Positions 29,007-38,989 of a DNA stretch of 64,000 bases are shown here, one piece after another. The stretch is from Promethearchaeota archaeon (GTDB lineage: Archaea; Asgardarchaeota; Lokiarchaeia; Sigyniarchaeales; SOKP01), in contig JBHLNS010000011.1 in NCBI GenBank assembly GCA_048941285.1, positions 1-64,000 on the forward strand, written 5' to 3'. Every line of letters starts with the position of its first letter. Within the stretch, counting starts at the first letter, position 1. The notes beneath the pieces are model-generated. The model did not search any database. It was given only the letters and a program-made list of their open reading frames with translations, and was not told where the DNA came from. Made by a program: the position numbers and the translations under genes.

Positions 29007-30238
29007 TCAGGATTATCCTCCTTTTTATCTGATACTTTTTTAAGTTCTTCCTCAAGCCTTTTCTTCTCTTCATCTTTAATCTTTTGTTCTTTTTGTTCGA
29101 TAGATTTTTGCTTAAGTTCTAATTCGACTTGAGAGAGTGCTTTTTCTTTTTCTATTAGCTCTTCCTTTAACTTTAAAGTTTTTTCTCTTTCTAAAATTTC
29201 TTTTTCCTCCAACTCTTTCTCTTTTTCTTCTAGGGCTAATTTCTTTTTCTTGATTTCTAAGTCTTTCTTTTTTAATTCAATTTCTTTATCAAATATTTCT
29301 TCCTCTTTTTTCTTCAATTTTTTAGGGATTTTCTTTTCTTTTTCATCTCCAATTTCACCTTCCTTTTCCAAGATTTCTTCTTTAAGTTTGAGGACTTCCT
29401 CCTTTTTTAGTATTACTTTTTCTTCAATTTCTTTCTCTTTTTCTTCTAATTCTAATTTTTTCCTCTTTATTTCCAATTCTTTCTTCTTTAGCTCAAATTC
29501 TTTATCTAATATTTCCGACTCCTCTTTTTCTAATAGGGATCCTTTTTGTTCCTCTTCGAATGATTCGGTATCTTCTTCAACAATCTCTTCAATTTTATCT
29601 ACAGAAACAATTGATTTTAATATTTCATCAATAAGATCCTTGATCTTCTCATTATCAGGTACTTCTGCAACTTCTTTAGCATATTCAGTCAAAATTTTTG
29701 TCATTAGTTTAGGAGATTTTATCCCTATAATTTTTAAAGTCTGAAGTGCTTTTTCTACTACAAATTCTTTTTCATCATTTAATCTTAACAAAATTGCTTT
29801 AATAAGAGACTCTTCCTCTATTATGGCTTCTCCACCAGCCATATAGATTAGTAATTGTAAAGCAGCCTCTCGAACATTTGGATCATCTGAATTTACTAAA
29901 TCTTCACTATACGGAAGAAAGAGTTCACATTCTTTTTCACAAATTGTTTTAAGGAGTAGTAAAAATGTGAAGCGTAGCACTGGATCGCGTTTCGATAAAT
30001 GTTCTAATAAAGATGGTATATCTATTACCATATTTTCAATAAGGAAACGTAATACTGTACGGCCACCATGCAATGTTAGAAGTGTTTCTATTACATTTTC
30101 AAGTCTATCCAAAAAATCATTATCTTTAGCATCTCCAATATAGAGTGCGATTATATTAGCAGCATCATCAAATCTCCCATCTTTTACAAAATCTTTTATT
30201 TGAACAATTTCTACCGCTTCTTTTTCAGTATCATTCAT
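29003..30238 (-). CDS. HEAT-repeat protein with a long E/K coiled-coil tail
   Basis: DPVLR, DDPNVREAALQLL, DEKEFVVEKALQTL; internally duplicated coiled coil. Confidence 0.75.
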   Translation of the reverse strand: MNDTEKEAVEIVQIKDFVKDGRFDDAANIIALYIGDAKDNDFLDRLENVIETLLTLHGGRTVLRFLIENMVIDIPSLLEHLSKRDPVLRFTFLLLLKTICEKECELFLPYSEDLVNSDDPNVREAALQLLIYMAGGEAIIEEESLIKAILLRLNDEKEFVVEKALQTLKIIGIKSPKLMTKILTEYAKEVAEVPDNEKIKDLIDEILKSIVSVDKIEEIVEEDTESFEEEQKGSLLEKEESEILDKEFELKKKELEIKRKKLELEEKEKEIEEKVILKKEEVLKLKEEILEKEGEIGDEKEKKIPKKLKKKEEEIFDKEIELKKKDLEIKKKKLALEEKEKELEEKEILEREKTLKLKEELIEKEKALSQVELELKQKSIEQKEQKIKDEEKKRLEEELKKVSDKKEDNPD

Positions 30239-30270
30239 AATATCACCATTATTTTTTATATCTTGTTAAA

Positions 30271-31224
30271 TTAAATCCAAATTATATAATATTCGGTATA
30301 TATTCGGGTTGCAAAATTAAAGATTAATCTTAAGTCTCGATATCTAAGTTTTGATTTATTACCTTCTTCAGTATAGTTATTTGTTAAGAGACTTACATAT
30401 AACATAATTTCTAAATTTTGATTCTTGTCCTCATATAAACTTATCTGATCACAGTATTGTGTTAATGCATTTAGATCTTCCCAAAACGTATTCCAAAAAT
30501 ATTGATCTGCTTTGGAATTTTTATCTTGGAGAGGGTCTCGTGAAATTTTCGTCAGTATCTCATAAGGAACTTTAAGAGAAATTTCGACATGTTTAGAAGG
30601 AATAAATGCTAATTTTACTTCGGGAAAATAAATTTGTGCATAAAGTTGACAAATACCATTGAGTAATTCAAGACTCGTGATATTTTCGCGAGTTGCATTA
30701 CAAAGAACATATTTCTCATTTAAATATACAACATGAATACGATCTTCAAACCTAAAAATTAAATAGTTATCAGTTTTAAAATAATCAAATTTTTCATTCC
30801 TATTATGAATTCTGTCATCAAATATTTTGAATGCTTCTTCCAATTTATTAAGAGAGATAAATTTATTTAACTTACGATAATCTCCATGGAAAAATACATC
30901 TAAAAAATCTAATAAATATAAATATGCATCAAAAGGTCTATATATAACTGTTTTATTCCTAAAAAACCTCTCAACAACTCCTTTATGAACACTATAACAG
31001 AATTTTGGCAAATCCTCTATCGTAAGTCCACTTTTAATACGTAGTTTTAATAGATGTCGCCTGGAACATTTTGGCTGTAATGTACAAGCTATTCTATCTG
31101 GCTGACACTCCTCAAAACATAACGAATCTATAGTATTTCGCAGTAAATCAATCAGTTCTGATTTATTTTTTGTATCTGATTCATTATCTAAGTATTTTAA
31201 AATATCACTGGAATGTAATGGCAT
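30271..31224 (-). CDS. Hypothetical protein with an N-terminal Cys cluster
   Basis: CFEEC-x6-C-x5-C...FCY. Confidence 0.7.
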   Translation of the reverse strand: MPLHSSDILKYLDNESDTKNKSELIDLLRNTIDSLCFEECQPDRIACTLQPKCSRRHLLKLRIKSGLTIEDLPKFCYSVHKGVVERFFRNKTVIYRPFDAYLYLLDFLDVFFHGDYRKLNKFISLNKLEEAFKIFDDRIHNRNEKFDYFKTDNYLIFRFEDRIHVVYLNEKYVLCNATRENITSLELLNGICQLYAQIYFPEVKLAFIPSKHVEISLKVPYEILTKISRDPLQDKNSKADQYFWNTFWEDLNALTQYCDQISLYEDKNQNLEIMLYVSLLTNNYTEEGNKSKLRYRDLRLIFNFATRIYTEYYIIWI

Positions 31225-31422
31225 CGGTGAAAATTTCTTATTTATAGTTTTATTTACCTTTTCTATAAAATTAAAATTATTAAAATCTAATATTCTTTAT
31301 TATTCTTCTAAATCAGAAGAAAAAAATTAACATTCATTTAATTATAAAAAATTATTAATTAACGATTCTTCTATTTTTATAATAATAAACATGTCCAATT
31401 ACTATAATTAGGTTCAAAGCAT

Positions 31423-33006
31423 ATGTTACGGCAAATTCACATCTTTTTACAATCAGAATTATTGTTTGTTAAAAATTATGCCATGGCTCTAGGGAATGAG
31501 GAATTAAAAAATGTGAAAGCTATAATACAAAAATACATCGATATGCCTATGCCAGGAAAAACATTTCAGAGAGCTGTATCTAACTTCCAAATTTTTCATA
31601 GAGCATATGAGAAATTATACTTTCTATTTATAACGGATATCGTCGATACTCTTCAATATATTGATAAAATAATACAAAAAACAATTGAGATATTTAATCA
31701 ACTTTTTCCGAATCCATCGGATGTGAACCAACCTGGTTCAGCGAAGGAAGAATTTAACCATTTTTTGGATCAGATTCAAAAAGAGATTCATTCAAAGATT
31801 GCGATAATTGGTCCGGCATATTCTGGTAAAACCACTCTTTATAATATGCTAAAAAGTGACGAAGTAAATTTGCCTTCGGATTTTGCAGAAACTTCAACTT
31901 TAGAGATTGATGGGATATGGTTTGATTTATGGGATTTCCAATTAAAAGATAATTTTTCTCTTTTATGGTCGAAATTTGTACGTGGATCTGATTTAATAAT
32001 CCTGCTTTTTAATTTAGCAAATTATAATTTAAAGATGATCAATTTCTTTCTAAAATTACATAAAAATGAGACTAATTATTCAAAATTATTGATTGTTGGG
32101 AATAAACGGGATTTAGTAGAAGATGCTGATCTAAAAAGAATTAGAAATGAATTGAGTATTCCCGATTTTAAAGAAATCTCTTTAAACTCCGCTGAAGCAA
32201 AATCTGAGATTCTTCGATATATTATTGAGATTCTTGGCTTAAAAGAAGAATTCCCTAAAAAATTTGAAGAAACTTTAAAAGATGCAGATAAATTAGTCAG
32301 GGAAGGAAAAAGGGTTCAAGGTTTAGCAAAATATAAAGAATTAATGGCACTTAGTGAATCATATCAAAATATTATGTTTACAAAAACTTTGGAACAGAAA
32401 ATTGAAGAGCTTAACAAAAAAATTAAAGAAGACACAAATAAAAGAAAAGAATTTGAAAAAGCAAAAGAATTCGAGGTTGCAAAACCTTTAATTTTTACGC
32501 GGAAAGTTACAGTTAAACCGTTACCTGCTCCAACACTTTCAGGTAAATCACAAGATCAGGAAATTTTAGAAGAAGAATTACCACCGCCACCAGTAAGAGC
32601 TCCAAAGAAATTGGTATCATTTCAAAAACTTGAAAAAGAAACAGATATTACACCTCTAAAAATTACTAAACCCCCTTTAAAAATTATTAAAAAAATTCTA
32701 CCTCCTAAAGATGTTCAAAATGACATTCCTTCCGTTGTGAAAACTGATACCATAAAGCCTAGAGCAAAAATGCCAATGGAATTATTTGAACCACACGAAG
32801 ATATAAAAAAAGAAATGGATAAACCTCTAATTATAGATTTTACCAAAGAACTACAAAAAATTATAACCGAAAAAGGAAGTTCTCTTAGTTTGACTTTATG
32901 TGAGAAATTAATAACAGAATTGCAAAAATCTCTAGAAAGACCCTTAACAATTGAAGATGTTAAATTAGCTGGCGAATTTTTCGTTAAACAAGAAAACCTA
33001 TCTTAG
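31423..33006 (+). CDS. Longin-like domain fused to a Ras-superfamily small GTPase, helical and Pro-rich regions
   Basis: G1 GPAYSGKTT, G3 WDFQ (degenerate), G4 NKRD; N-terminal longin pattern; LPPPPVRAP. Confidence 0.8.
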   Translation: MLRQIHIFLQSELLFVKNYAMALGNEELKNVKAIIQKYIDMPMPGKTFQRAVSNFQIFHRAYEKLYFLFITDIVDTLQYIDKIIQKTIEIFNQLFPNPSDVNQPGSAKEEFNHFLDQIQKEIHSKIAIIGPAYSGKTTLYNMLKSDEVNLPSDFAETSTLEIDGIWFDLWDFQLKDNFSLLWSKFVRGSDLIILLFNLANYNLKMINFFLKLHKNETNYSKLLIVGNKRDLVEDADLKRIRNELSIPDFKEISLNSAEAKSEILRYIIEILGLKEEFPKKFEETLKDADKLVREGKRVQGLAKYKELMALSESYQNIMFTKTLEQKIEELNKKIKEDTNKRKEFEKAKEFEVAKPLIFTRKVTVKPLPAPTLSGKSQDQEILEEELPPPPVRAPKKLVSFQKLEKETDITPLKITKPPLKIIKKILPPKDVQNDIPSVVKTDTIKPRAKMPMELFEPHEDIKKEMDKPLIIDFTKELQKIITEKGSSLSLTLCEKLITELQKSLERPLTIEDVKLAGEFFVKQENLS

Positions 33007-33179
33007 TAAGAACGACATTTTCTTTAGAATGTTTAAAGATGTGTTGTTAGTTCAATATTAGTTCAGCACAAGGTTCTTTTTAAGGAATTCTATATTCGAA
33101 TAATTAATAGCATATTTTTTATGGAAAAATTTAGCTATATTCGACGATAAATAAATTAATTCTAAACGAGATTTTAAAA

Positions 33180-34676
33180 ATGAGTGGTATTAAAGAACTT
33201 CGTGAATACTTCACAGAATTAATGAGATTGAATTATATCCAAGCCTTGCTTGGGTGGGATCAGGAAGTTAATATGATGAATTATAAATCTGTTAAAGGAA
33301 GGTCAGAACAGCGAGCACTTATGACACAACTAATTCACAAACGATTAATCTCAGAAAAAGCAGGATCCTTAATAAAAAAGGCTGGAAAATTAAAAGATCT
33401 TAACGATATTGACGCAGCAATGCTTCGAGAAGCTAAAAGGGCATATGATCAAGAAATAAAACTACCAGAAGAATTAGTAACTGAAATATCAAAAACTGCA
33501 AGTTTAGCTCAACAAACATGGCAAAAGGCAAGACAAGAAAAAGACTTTAAATCCTTTGTTCCTTTATTGGAAAAAACTATTGAACTTCAGAGAGAAAAAG
33601 CAGATAAGCTTGGAACTCATCCAGATTTATATTCTACTCTAATAGATTTATATGAACCGGGAGCAACTTATAATTCAATTGCTAAAGTTTTCAATCCAAT
33701 AAAACCCAAACTAAGTGATATTGTAAAGAAATTTAATTCTTCATCAAATAAACCTGATGATTCAATATTACATAAAAATTATGATATTGATAAACAATTT
33801 GCCCTTAGTTTTGAGTTAATCAAAAAATTTAATTTTGATATTGGTTTTGGGCGTCAAGATAGATCAACTCATCCATTTACTCAAACCCTAGCTCCATTAG
33901 ATGTGAGAATTACCACCAGAACCACACAGGATTTTCTGAATGAATGCATTTTTGGAACTATACATGAATGTGGTCATGCACTTTATGAAATGGGCATTAA
34001 AGAAGAATTACATGATACGATCTTATGCACTGGTACCTCAATGGGAATACACGAATCTCAATCACGGACATTAGAAAACTATGTAGGACGTAGCAAAGAA
34101 TTCTGGTTATATTGGTATCCAACTTTTCAAAAATATTTCCCTGAAATATTAAAAAATTATCCAATAGAAGAATTTTACCGTGCCATAAATGTTGTTAAAC
34201 CTTCATTTATAAGAGTAAATGCAGATGAAGTAACTTATGGATTACATATTATTCTTAGATTTGAGTTAGAAAAAGATATCATTGATGGAAAAATTCAAAT
34301 AAATGAATTAGCTGATATATGGAATACACGTTTTGAAGAATTATTAGGAATTGGACCTCCTGATGATGCACTGGGTGTATTACAAGATATACATTGGGGT
34401 ATGGGGTATATTGGATACTTCCCAACTTACTTCTTAGGCACTTTATATGGAGCTCAAATCTATAACTACGCTTTAAAAGAAAATCCAAAATTACCTGAAG
34501 AGTACAAGAAAGGTGAATTTTCTAATATAGTAAAATACTTAAAAGAAAATATTCATCAACATGGTGCAGTTTATAGGGCTGACGATTTAATAAAAAGAGT
34601 TACTGGTGAGGAATTAAATCCTGATTACTTCTTCAAATACGTAGAGAAAAAATTTTATCCGATATATGGATTGTAA
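33180..34676 (+). CDS. Carboxypeptidase M32 (Taq-like), copy 1
   Basis: LLGWDQ, HPF, DVRITT, HECGH, HESQS, IRVNADE, GYFPTY. Confidence 0.95.
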   Translation: MSGIKELREYFTELMRLNYIQALLGWDQEVNMMNYKSVKGRSEQRALMTQLIHKRLISEKAGSLIKKAGKLKDLNDIDAAMLREAKRAYDQEIKLPEELVTEISKTASLAQQTWQKARQEKDFKSFVPLLEKTIELQREKADKLGTHPDLYSTLIDLYEPGATYNSIAKVFNPIKPKLSDIVKKFNSSSNKPDDSILHKNYDIDKQFALSFELIKKFNFDIGFGRQDRSTHPFTQTLAPLDVRITTRTTQDFLNECIFGTIHECGHALYEMGIKEELHDTILCTGTSMGIHESQSRTLENYVGRSKEFWLYWYPTFQKYFPEILKNYPIEEFYRAINVVKPSFIRVNADEVTYGLHIILRFELEKDIIDGKIQINELADIWNTRFEELLGIGPPDDALGVLQDIHWGMGYIGYFPTYFLGTLYGAQIYNYALKENPKLPEEYKKGEFSNIVKYLKENIHQHGAVYRADDLIKRVTGEELNPDYFFKYVEKKFYPIYGL

Positions 34677-34829
34677 TATTAGTTTTTGATCATTAAACTT
34701 AAATTTCTTTTTTTTGTATTATAGCTTTAAACGCCTAATTTGAGACCTATAAAACCGAAACCTTTTTGTAGAAAATTACCTAGCATTCTCTATACATCTT
34801 TTACATAATAATTATAAAATGGTTAAATT

Positions 34830-36320
34830 ATGAATGCAATAAAGGAACTTTGGGAGCATTTTAATGAAATAATGCAATTATCTTATATTGGTGCCCTTCT
34901 AGGTTGGGATCAACAAGTTAGTATGCCTAAAGGCTCAGTAAAAGGAAGAGCAGATCAAATGGCACTAATGAGAGGATTAATTCATTCACGAATAAAATCT
35001 GAAAAAACAGGTAAATTAATAAAGACTGCTGAAAAATTAAGCGGCCTTACTGAAATTGATCAAGCAATGATACGTGAAGCAAAAAGAGAATATGACCAAG
35101 CGGTTAAAATTCCTGATGATTTAGTATCAGAAATTGCTAGAACTTCATCTTTGGGGCATATTGAATGGGAAAAAGCTAGGGCAAAAAGTGATTTTTCAAT
35201 TTTCAAACCGTATCTTGAGAAAATAATTAGCTTAAGAATAGAATATGCTGAAAAACTTGGTACTGGTCCAACCTTATACTCAACATTATTAGATTTATTT
35301 GAGCCTGGTTCTACTTACGATTGGACATTGAAAATCTTTAATGGATTGAAACCTAAATTAGTTAAGATAGTTGATAAATTAAATAGTGCATCTGATAAAC
35401 CAACCCAATCAATTTTAAAGAAAAAATATGATGCTGAAAAGCAGTGGCAAATAAGTCTTGAAATAATAAAAAAAATGAATTTTGATTTTAACACAGGACG
35501 CCAAGACAAAGCAACACACCCTTTCACTACCTCATTATCATCAATAGATACGAGAATTACAACTAGAATAAGAGAGGACTTTCTTCCTGATTGTCTTTTC
35601 TCAACAATTCATGAATGTGGTCATGCTCTATACCAAATGGGCTTTAAAGAAGAAATTCATGGAACATTATTAGCTGATGGATGTTCAATGGGTATTCATG
35701 AATCTCAATCTAGAATGTGGGAAAATATAGTTGGGCGTAGTAAGGAATTTTGGAAATATTGGTATCCAATTTTTCAGAAAACTTTTCCAGAAAATTTGAA
35801 TAGCTACTCAATGGAAGAATTTCATCGATCCATAAATGTGGTACAACCATCATTTATCCGTGTAGATGCAGATGAGGTAACCTATGGATTACATATTATT
35901 TTACGATTTGAACTAGAGAAAATGATAATAGAAGACAATCTTCAAGCAAGTGAATTGCCAGAATTATGGAATACAAAAATGGAAGAATTATTAGGAATTA
36001 TACCACCTAACGACGCTTTGGGTGTTCTGCAAGATGTTCACTGGACATCGGGATTTGGGTATTTTCCTTCATATTCTTTAGGTAATCTTTATGCTGCTCA
36101 AATATATAATCAAATATTGAAAGAAGATCCTTCCTTACCTCAAAATTACGAGAAAGGTGAATTTTTGAGCCTCTTAAAACACTTAAAAGAAAAAGTCCAC
36201 CAATATGGCAGGATTTACAGAGCTCCAGAATTAATTAAGAAAATTACAGGTGAAGATTTAAATCCTGATTACTTTATTAACTATGTTGAAGAAAAATATT
36301 ATCCTATTTATGGGATTTAA
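34830..36320 (+). CDS. Carboxypeptidase M32 (Taq-like), copy 2
   Basis: LLGWDQ, HPF, HECGH, HESQS, IRVDADE, GYFPSY. Confidence 0.95.
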   Translation: MNAIKELWEHFNEIMQLSYIGALLGWDQQVSMPKGSVKGRADQMALMRGLIHSRIKSEKTGKLIKTAEKLSGLTEIDQAMIREAKREYDQAVKIPDDLVSEIARTSSLGHIEWEKARAKSDFSIFKPYLEKIISLRIEYAEKLGTGPTLYSTLLDLFEPGSTYDWTLKIFNGLKPKLVKIVDKLNSASDKPTQSILKKKYDAEKQWQISLEIIKKMNFDFNTGRQDKATHPFTTSLSSIDTRITTRIREDFLPDCLFSTIHECGHALYQMGFKEEIHGTLLADGCSMGIHESQSRMWENIVGRSKEFWKYWYPIFQKTFPENLNSYSMEEFHRSINVVQPSFIRVDADEVTYGLHIILRFELEKMIIEDNLQASELPELWNTKMEELLGIIPPNDALGVLQDVHWTSGFGYFPSYSLGNLYAAQIYNQILKEDPSLPQNYEKGEFLSLLKHLKEKVHQYGRIYRAPELIKKITGEDLNPDYFINYVEEKYYPIYGI

Positions 36321-36322
36321 AA

Positions 36323-36331
36323 TTTTTTTTT
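36323..36331 (+). terminator. Oligo-T archaeal terminator
   Basis: T run immediately after the stop codon of 34830..36320. Confidence 0.5.
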
Positions 36332-36420
36332 ATTGTGTGAAATAGTAGGCAAAACTTTATTTTTATATAATCTTAATTTTAAGAAACGATTGAAATTAAT
36401 GTGATAAATAAGATTGTAAT

Positions 36421-37026
36421 ATGCTATTACAGATAAAAAAAGTTTCTGAAAAATTATTACTTCCTTTGGGTAAAAAATTAACTAAAATACCAGCGAATTA
36501 TTTTACCCTATTCGGTTTATTTTCTGCAGTCATTACATTTTTTGGATTCATTTTTCATTGGCTAATTATAATTATCATTTTTCTCTTCATTACCGAGTTT
36601 TTTGATCAATTAGATGGTGTAGTGGCTAGACTTCAAGGCCCTACAATATTAGGAAGTTTTTTGGACTCTACATTGGACAGAATTGGAGATTTTTTCTTAT
36701 TTATTGGTATTATTATTGGAAGCTATACAACAATTGAAGTGGGTTTTTTAGTTCTTCTAGGAGCATTCTTAACCTCATATACTAGAGCTAAAATTGAAGC
36801 CTTGGGAATTGATAATTTATATGGTGTTGGAATACTAGAAAGAACAGATCGCATTCCTATATTGTTTATAGGATCGATATTTCAGATTTGGTTTACAAGT
36901 GCTATATGGTGGACCATGGTAATTTTAGCGGTTGGGACAAATATAACAGCCCTTCATAGAATTATTTATGCTTTTCGTAAATTTTCTAAAAACAACGTAA
37001 TAGAAAAAAAAAAAAAAATTGAATGA
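36421..37026 (+). CDS. CDP-alcohol phosphatidyltransferase (archaetidylinositol-phosphate synthase-like)
   Basis: DQLDGVVAR..GSFLDSTLDR; SYTRAK.E; G..ER. Confidence 0.9.
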   Translation: MLLQIKKVSEKLLLPLGKKLTKIPANYFTLFGLFSAVITFFGFIFHWLIIIIIFLFITEFFDQLDGVVARLQGPTILGSFLDSTLDRIGDFFLFIGIIIGSYTTIEVGFLVLLGAFLTSYTRAKIEALGIDNLYGVGILERTDRIPILFIGSIFQIWFTSAIWWTMVILAVGTNITALHRIIYAFRKFSKNNVIEKKKKIE

Positions 37027-37027
37027 C

Positions 37028-37216
37028 TTAGGTTTTAGTTTTCACTCTGTTGATCTTTTTTCTGAATACCAATACTATAAAAATAATTGTGGGAAATAAT
37101 AAAATTATTAACCAAGAAAGAATTGTTTCTGGAAGAATGAGAGTAGCATCAAAGATCTGTGGTGTCATGGTAATCCAATTCTCCACAATCTGCCTTGGAG
37201 GCATCAAAATTACCAT
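37028..37216 (-). CDS. Small single-TM protein
   Basis: Hydrophobic helix followed by a basic tail; lies downstream of the ABC permease on the same strand. Confidence 0.4.
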   Translation of the reverse strand: MVILMPPRQIVENWITMTPQIFDATLILPETILSWLIILLFPTIIFIVLVFRKKINRVKTKT

Positions 37217-37258
37217 AATTAATGAATTAATATAATCCTAGCATAGGTATTGAATATT

Positions 37259-37921
37259 TCAAAATTGTTTTCTACTAAATAGTAAGAGATTTAACCCCAT
37301 AATGATAGTCGTTAGAGTTATTCCTAGGGTTAATGCTAATAATTGAGGATTTAAGGCTTCTATAAAGATTGTAGGTAAAATGATAAGAGTTGATAATTGA
37401 CTGCCTAAATAAACTGATAAAATTGCTGCGACAGGAACAGATGAGACTAAAACACCAAAGAAAATACCAATTGAACAAGTAATAGCCATTGAAGACATAC
37501 CGGTAATTAAATATTCAATAGTTAAATTCCACTCAATTCCAGTTAAATTGCCAGCAATTCCATCAATTACAAGACCTATTGCGAGCGAAATTGATATGGC
37601 AATAACTAGACATGAATATACCGCAAGAAATTTGGCTAAGAGTAAACTACTACGTTTTACTGGTCTTATTAGAAATAGTTCATAAACATGACGATTTTTT
37701 TCATTAACAATTGAGGTACTCAACATTATCGCAGATAAAGTGCCTCCTATACTTGAAACAACTATGGATACCAAAAGTGAAATAGGCATTCCTTCCATTT
37801 GAGTTGGATCTATAAATTGTAATAGAAATGACAATATAGGTAATCCAAACCATAATACAATCATTACTTTGGATTTTGCATATCCCTTCCATTCATCTAT
37901 AAAAAGTAGTAATAAACTCAT
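37259..37921 (-). CDS. ABC-2 type permease
   Basis: EK....ELFLIRPVKR..LLLAKF; about 6 TM. Confidence 0.85.
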   Translation of the reverse strand: MSLLLLFIDEWKGYAKSKVMIVLWFGLPILSFLLQFIDPTQMEGMPISLLVSIVVSSIGGTLSAIMLSTSIVNEKNRHVYELFLIRPVKRSSLLLAKFLAVYSCLVIAISISLAIGLVIDGIAGNLTGIEWNLTIEYLITGMSSMAITCSIGIFFGVLVSSVPVAAILSVYLGSQLSTLIILPTIFIEALNPQLLALTLGITLTTIIMGLNLLLFSRKQF

Positions 37922-38874
37922 TCAATTTTACCTCCTACATACTTTAAATAAACTTCCTCAAGGCTAGGTTTCAGAAGACTAAAACTTCTAATTTTGCACT
38001 TTTGTTCCATCAATTTATTTAAAATTCTATTTATTATTAAATCAATATCAAATTCAGAGTCTAAGTGGATTAATTGTCTATTAGAGTTAGTATTTTCTAC
38101 AGAAATTATGCCAGATAATTCTTTCAGTCCATCACAAAGAGGAGAATTTTTAGCTACAACAATTTCTAATATATTACCTAAATGGAAGCTTGTTTGAAGT
38201 TCCTCCGGGGTTCCGATTTTCATTATTTGCCCATGGTTCAAAATTCCAATTGTATTGGCTATATCTTGAACGTCGCTTAGAATATGTGAAGAAAATAGAA
38301 TAGTAATCCCACTTTTTGCTAACTTTTTTATAATCTCTTTGAATTGATACCTCATTTGTGGGTCTAAACCCGATAATGGCTCATCCATTATTAAAATCTC
38401 AGGTTCGTGGAGAAGGGCTTGTCCCAGTCTTAATTTTTGGACCATACCTCCCGATAAATGAACTATTTTTTTATACCGGAAATCATTTAGCCCTATCGAC
38501 TTTAAAATTTCTTGAGTTCGACTTTCAAGATAATCTGAATTAAGCCCTGATAAGCGTCCAAATGTTTTAAAAGCATGGTCAACTGTACGCCATTCCTGGA
38601 AACCTGCTTCTTGAGGGTGATACCCTATAAGTTTATGTAAATCATTATGATCTTTTTGAATATTTTTTCCATAAACATAAACTTTTCCACTGAATTCTGT
38701 TATGAGTCCAACCAAAATCTTAATAGTTGTTGTCTTTCCAGCACCATTTGGACCAATATATCCAAAAACTTCTCCTCTATTTATTGTAAAAGAAACATCG
38801 TTTAAAGCTAGTAGATCTTTATACTTCTTAGATACATTCTTGAATTCAATACAAATTTCCTTTTCCATTATCAA
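37918..38874 (-). CDS. ABC transporter ATP-binding protein
   Basis: GPNGAGKTT, LSGGM, ILIMDEP, SSH. Confidence 0.95.
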   Translation of the reverse strand: MIMEKEICIEFKNVSKKYKDLLALNDVSFTINRGEVFGYIGPNGAGKTTTIKILVGLITEFSGKVYVYGKNIQKDHNDLHKLIGYHPQEAGFQEWRTVDHAFKTFGRLSGLNSDYLESRTQEILKSIGLNDFRYKKIVHLSGGMVQKLRLGQALLHEPEILIMDEPLSGLDPQMRYQFKEIIKKLAKSGITILFSSHILSDVQDIANTIGILNHGQIMKIGTPEELQTSFHLGNILEIVVAKNSPLCDGLKELSGIISVENTNSNRQLIHLDSEFDIDLIINRILNKLMEQKCKIRSFSLLKPSLEEVYLKYVGGKIE

Positions 38875-38989
38875 GCTAAGATTTAATTTTTATTATTAAG
38901 CTATCCAAACATTGATCTATTAAAATCTTTATTTATGATATAGAAATCGTGCAATTGTGAAAATATAATATAAATAATTTATTAATACA

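Noticed and set aside
29250-29744. 164-aa Ser/Phe-rich plus-strand ORF
   Set aside because: Antisense shadow of the E/K coiled coil
37004-37018. A15 run at the end of the CDP-alcohol transferase as a phase-variation site
   Set aside because: Lies in the last few codons; more simply the oligo-T terminator of the convergent genes or homopolymer noise
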